Origin: Podarcis liolepis
Lineage: Eukaryota
Assembly (NCBI GenBank): GCA_965112155.1
Contig: OZ218100.1
Length of the DNA stretch: 64,000 nucleotides
Direction: 5' to 3' (one strand)
The position numbers and the translations under genes are program-made. The stretch's first letter is position 1; each line of letters begins with the position of its first letter. The notes below the pieces were generated by a model that was given only the letters and a program-made list of their open reading frames with translations, was not told where the DNA came from and ran no database searches. This document shows positions 61,115 through 64,000 of the stretch, piece by piece.

Positions 61115-64000
61115 CAGTGCTGCTTATGAGTGTGCATGCATGTGTGGTTGTACATATACACTATCCTACAGTTGCTCTCTCTAAACAGCTCCAGGTGTGT
61201 GGCCAAGAAGAGATCACAGGGGTGTGGCCAAGTTGTTTTGGTTTACCCCGATCCTCCTCCTTTGCAAAAATACTGTGGATATTTAGGCATTGCAGTTTTA
61301 CAAAAAGTTAGTACCCAAAGAAATTGAAAAATGTATTACATTGATTCAGAAAGGGGTTCCTGCTTTTATAGTCATTCTCTTTTGAGAGAGAAGTTATCTG
61401 CCACCTAACCTGTTCTGGTTCTTTCCCCATCCTCCTCCTTTGCAAAACAAAACAGTGGGCACTTAAACAATTGGTTTAATCACTGCTTAGGAAACTGAGC
61501 TTGGCTCAGATGGGAGCCAAAAACGTGGGATAAGGTAGAGGGCTATTACATAGATTAGGACCTGAGAGATTATGTTTAAAATCAGCAATGAAGCTCACTG
61601 TGTAGCACTGTGATATTAGCCACCATTAGGCCAGCAGTAGATGAAGAGTATAGGGGTTTAAAGTCCACCACACAATTGTGTGTCCCAGAGAGGTAACTCC
61701 TTGAGGACTCTAGGAACTTGTATGGCAATGTGTTAGCTTGAAATGTTATTGATTGGCAGGAGTTTCAACATCCTTCTGACTGGAAGTGCCCATTGTCCCC
61801 ATTGTTCTAAAAGCATTCCGCCCCCCGAACGTATCTTCAGTGTTTATGTCCATGCAAGTCCTGCAGCAATCCATGGTTGTTTCAACTTGCCTCTGCAGAT
61901 ACTCAGTTCCTTCCAAATGGGCCCCATACGGCTCAGGCCTCAGCCAAATCAGGCGCAGTGTCCTACTGCCTTCATGCCAATTCCTCAAACCCGGCTCTCA
62001 AATTTACAGTGGGTAATACCATCACATTGTACAACAGTTCTGAATTTGGCATTGGCCTTTAAAAAAAAAGCAAGCTCATTTACATAACTTTAATCTACAG
62101 TATAAAAACCATTGGAAACATTCCATCATTTCTTTCGCTCTTTGCTTTTGGTTTTGAAGAATATGCATCTTTCTACAACATTTAATGGGAGAGAAAAGCA
62201 CTGTCCATATGTGGCCACAAGAAGAACATCTGGAAACACCAATGAAGCAGGGAAATGCATTTGCTTTCTCCTGGCACAGAAAACCTTCTCCTGGAAGGCT
62301 TATAGAGGAGGGAACCAGAGTCTGTAAGAAATTAAGTCAGACAGCTGGCACTGACCAAGAGACTGATCTCAGTGGTAACCAAAAAGCAATTTGCAATGGC
62401 CTCTTCCTCATTAAATACAGTTGTAAATTGATAAGTTGCATTTCTTATCATAAGACACTATAAAAGGCACATGAAGGTTTTGAAGAGGAGATGCAATAGA
62501 TGCAATAGGTCATTCATCTAGTGCATAGCAGCAAAGAAACTGCTTTGCAGCCTATGGATGCCCACCCAGAAATAAGTTCAGTGGGTTCAGTGGGTCATAT
62601 TCCCAAATAAGTATGTATTGAATTGCAAGCCAAGCTGTCCATCAAACCTTTGTATTATCCAAAGATAGCCTTACTAACAGAGCAATCCAACATGCATGCA
62701 CACACACACAAACACACACACACACGTACGTCCGTCTCCGTCCCCCCCACTTTGCATCAGCCTTGTGAAAGGCTTGGATTGGGAAGAGGCGTCCTCAGGC
62801 TCTGGCATTTGGCCCAGCCCTAAACAATGTTGGGAGACTGACGTAATGGATTTACAACTGTATGGCTGTTTATAGGTCTAACTGTCAATGCTGTAAACCG
62901 TCAGTGCTCAAATTGTCCCAAAATATGGGATCATGACCCACAGTGAGATCATTAAAGGATGAAGTAGGGTGCCAAAAATACTTTATTTCTGTTGGCCCTG
63001 TTACTTGATGTTTGAGATATAAGTGATGAGGTGTAATAAATTGTTTAGGATCCATGTGAATCAAAAGTCAGCTTTCCTTCAGTAAACTCCCCACTCCCCA
63101 CCCCGCATCTTAACCCTATTCACATTCCTGTGGGTGACCTTCTTTACCTTCTACCTTATTCTGATTATGATGACCCGTCTAAATACAGGTATGTACAGGT
63201 TTGACATTTTCTGACCCCAAGGGACTAACAATCTGAAAAGAGACAGAAGGAAACAGCAGATGAAGGTGAGGGAAATGAAGTGAAAACAAGGGACGAATAT
63301 GTGATTGAACTGCTGAACCATGGAATAGTTGAATCATTTAGCACAATACAGTTTTCTTCAAATGTCAGCAACTATCCAGTGCCTCAGGCCAAGGTCTTTT
63401 TCAACTCTGCTACACGAGAGGCTTTCTTTTGATGGGAAAGGCAGGAACTGAACCCCTCACTTTCTACATGCAAAATACATTTGATGTCTTTAGGGCACTA
63501 GGGCCCTGAGTAGCCATTCCAAATAGTCAAGCCTGGGATATAACTCCTAACTAGGACCACACCAGGATTCCTTTCTCTCTCTCTTTCCTTTTTAACATAT
63601 TTTCTGCCTGATGCCCGAATGAAAGCCAGAAAGTCTAAGTGCTTGCTGAAGATGAATCAGGCTCCACTGAGCACCAAGAGGAGGGGGGGGGGAATATGAT
63701 GCTTAATTTGTTGTAAACATAATTACTTTCATTCAAACACAAGAGAAAACAAGAAGAATTGATGTTTGCCAAACGCCACCATCCACAGAGCTGTAAGTAA
63801 ATGATTAGAAGCAGAAATAAAATCTCCCAGACTATTCAATTTCTAAGTGAGATAGCATCAGCCATCTATGTGGACTGGAGACAAAGGCGGTGGAAGAAAG
63901 TAACTGATGCCAGAGCCTGAATAAAATGTTGCATAAATAACAAGAGGAGAAAATAAGATGGTCAACATGATAACGCAGGTAAGATAGGTAAAGCATAGAA

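Noticed and set aside
61230-61470. Diverged local direct repeat (ATCCTCCTCCTTTGCAAAA twice, ~180 bp apart)
   Set aside because: Looks like an ordinary old tandem duplication with no further structure.

Overview
Repeat-rich, apparently intronic or intergenic vertebrate DNA. The repeat set (Sauria SINEs, a Squam3-type SINE, Bov-B, CR1/L2 remnants, TA-flanked and hAT MITEs) points to a squamate, most likely a lacertid lizard; that assignment is inference. No host protein-coding gene is recognisable, only two candidate isolated exons. The dominant feature is a young, apparently intact 7.3 kb Ngaro-type tyrosine-recombinase (YR) retrotransposon at 33135-40419. It has split direct repeats (A1...B1-A2-C-B2) and four open ORFs: Gag-like, RT/RNase H, YR and an SGNH hydrolase. 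Two diverged ~800 bp solo A-C-B relatives lie at 18746-19544 (-) and 22226-23025 (+). Comparing the three copies by eye suggests several things I have not seen described. (i) The B repeat and the C spacer fold into conserved multi-helix structures with compensatory base changes, and they sit between a TATA box and an AATAAA, i.e. a candidate element-encoded structured ncRNA. (ii) A phase-matched splice would fuse Gag to the SGNH hydrolase. (iii) The B/A circle junction is palindromic and integration may prefer YAR^C. (iv) The 1.2 kb leader has no AUG and carries YY1 and CTCF motifs. There is a 150-N assembly gap at 20557-20706.
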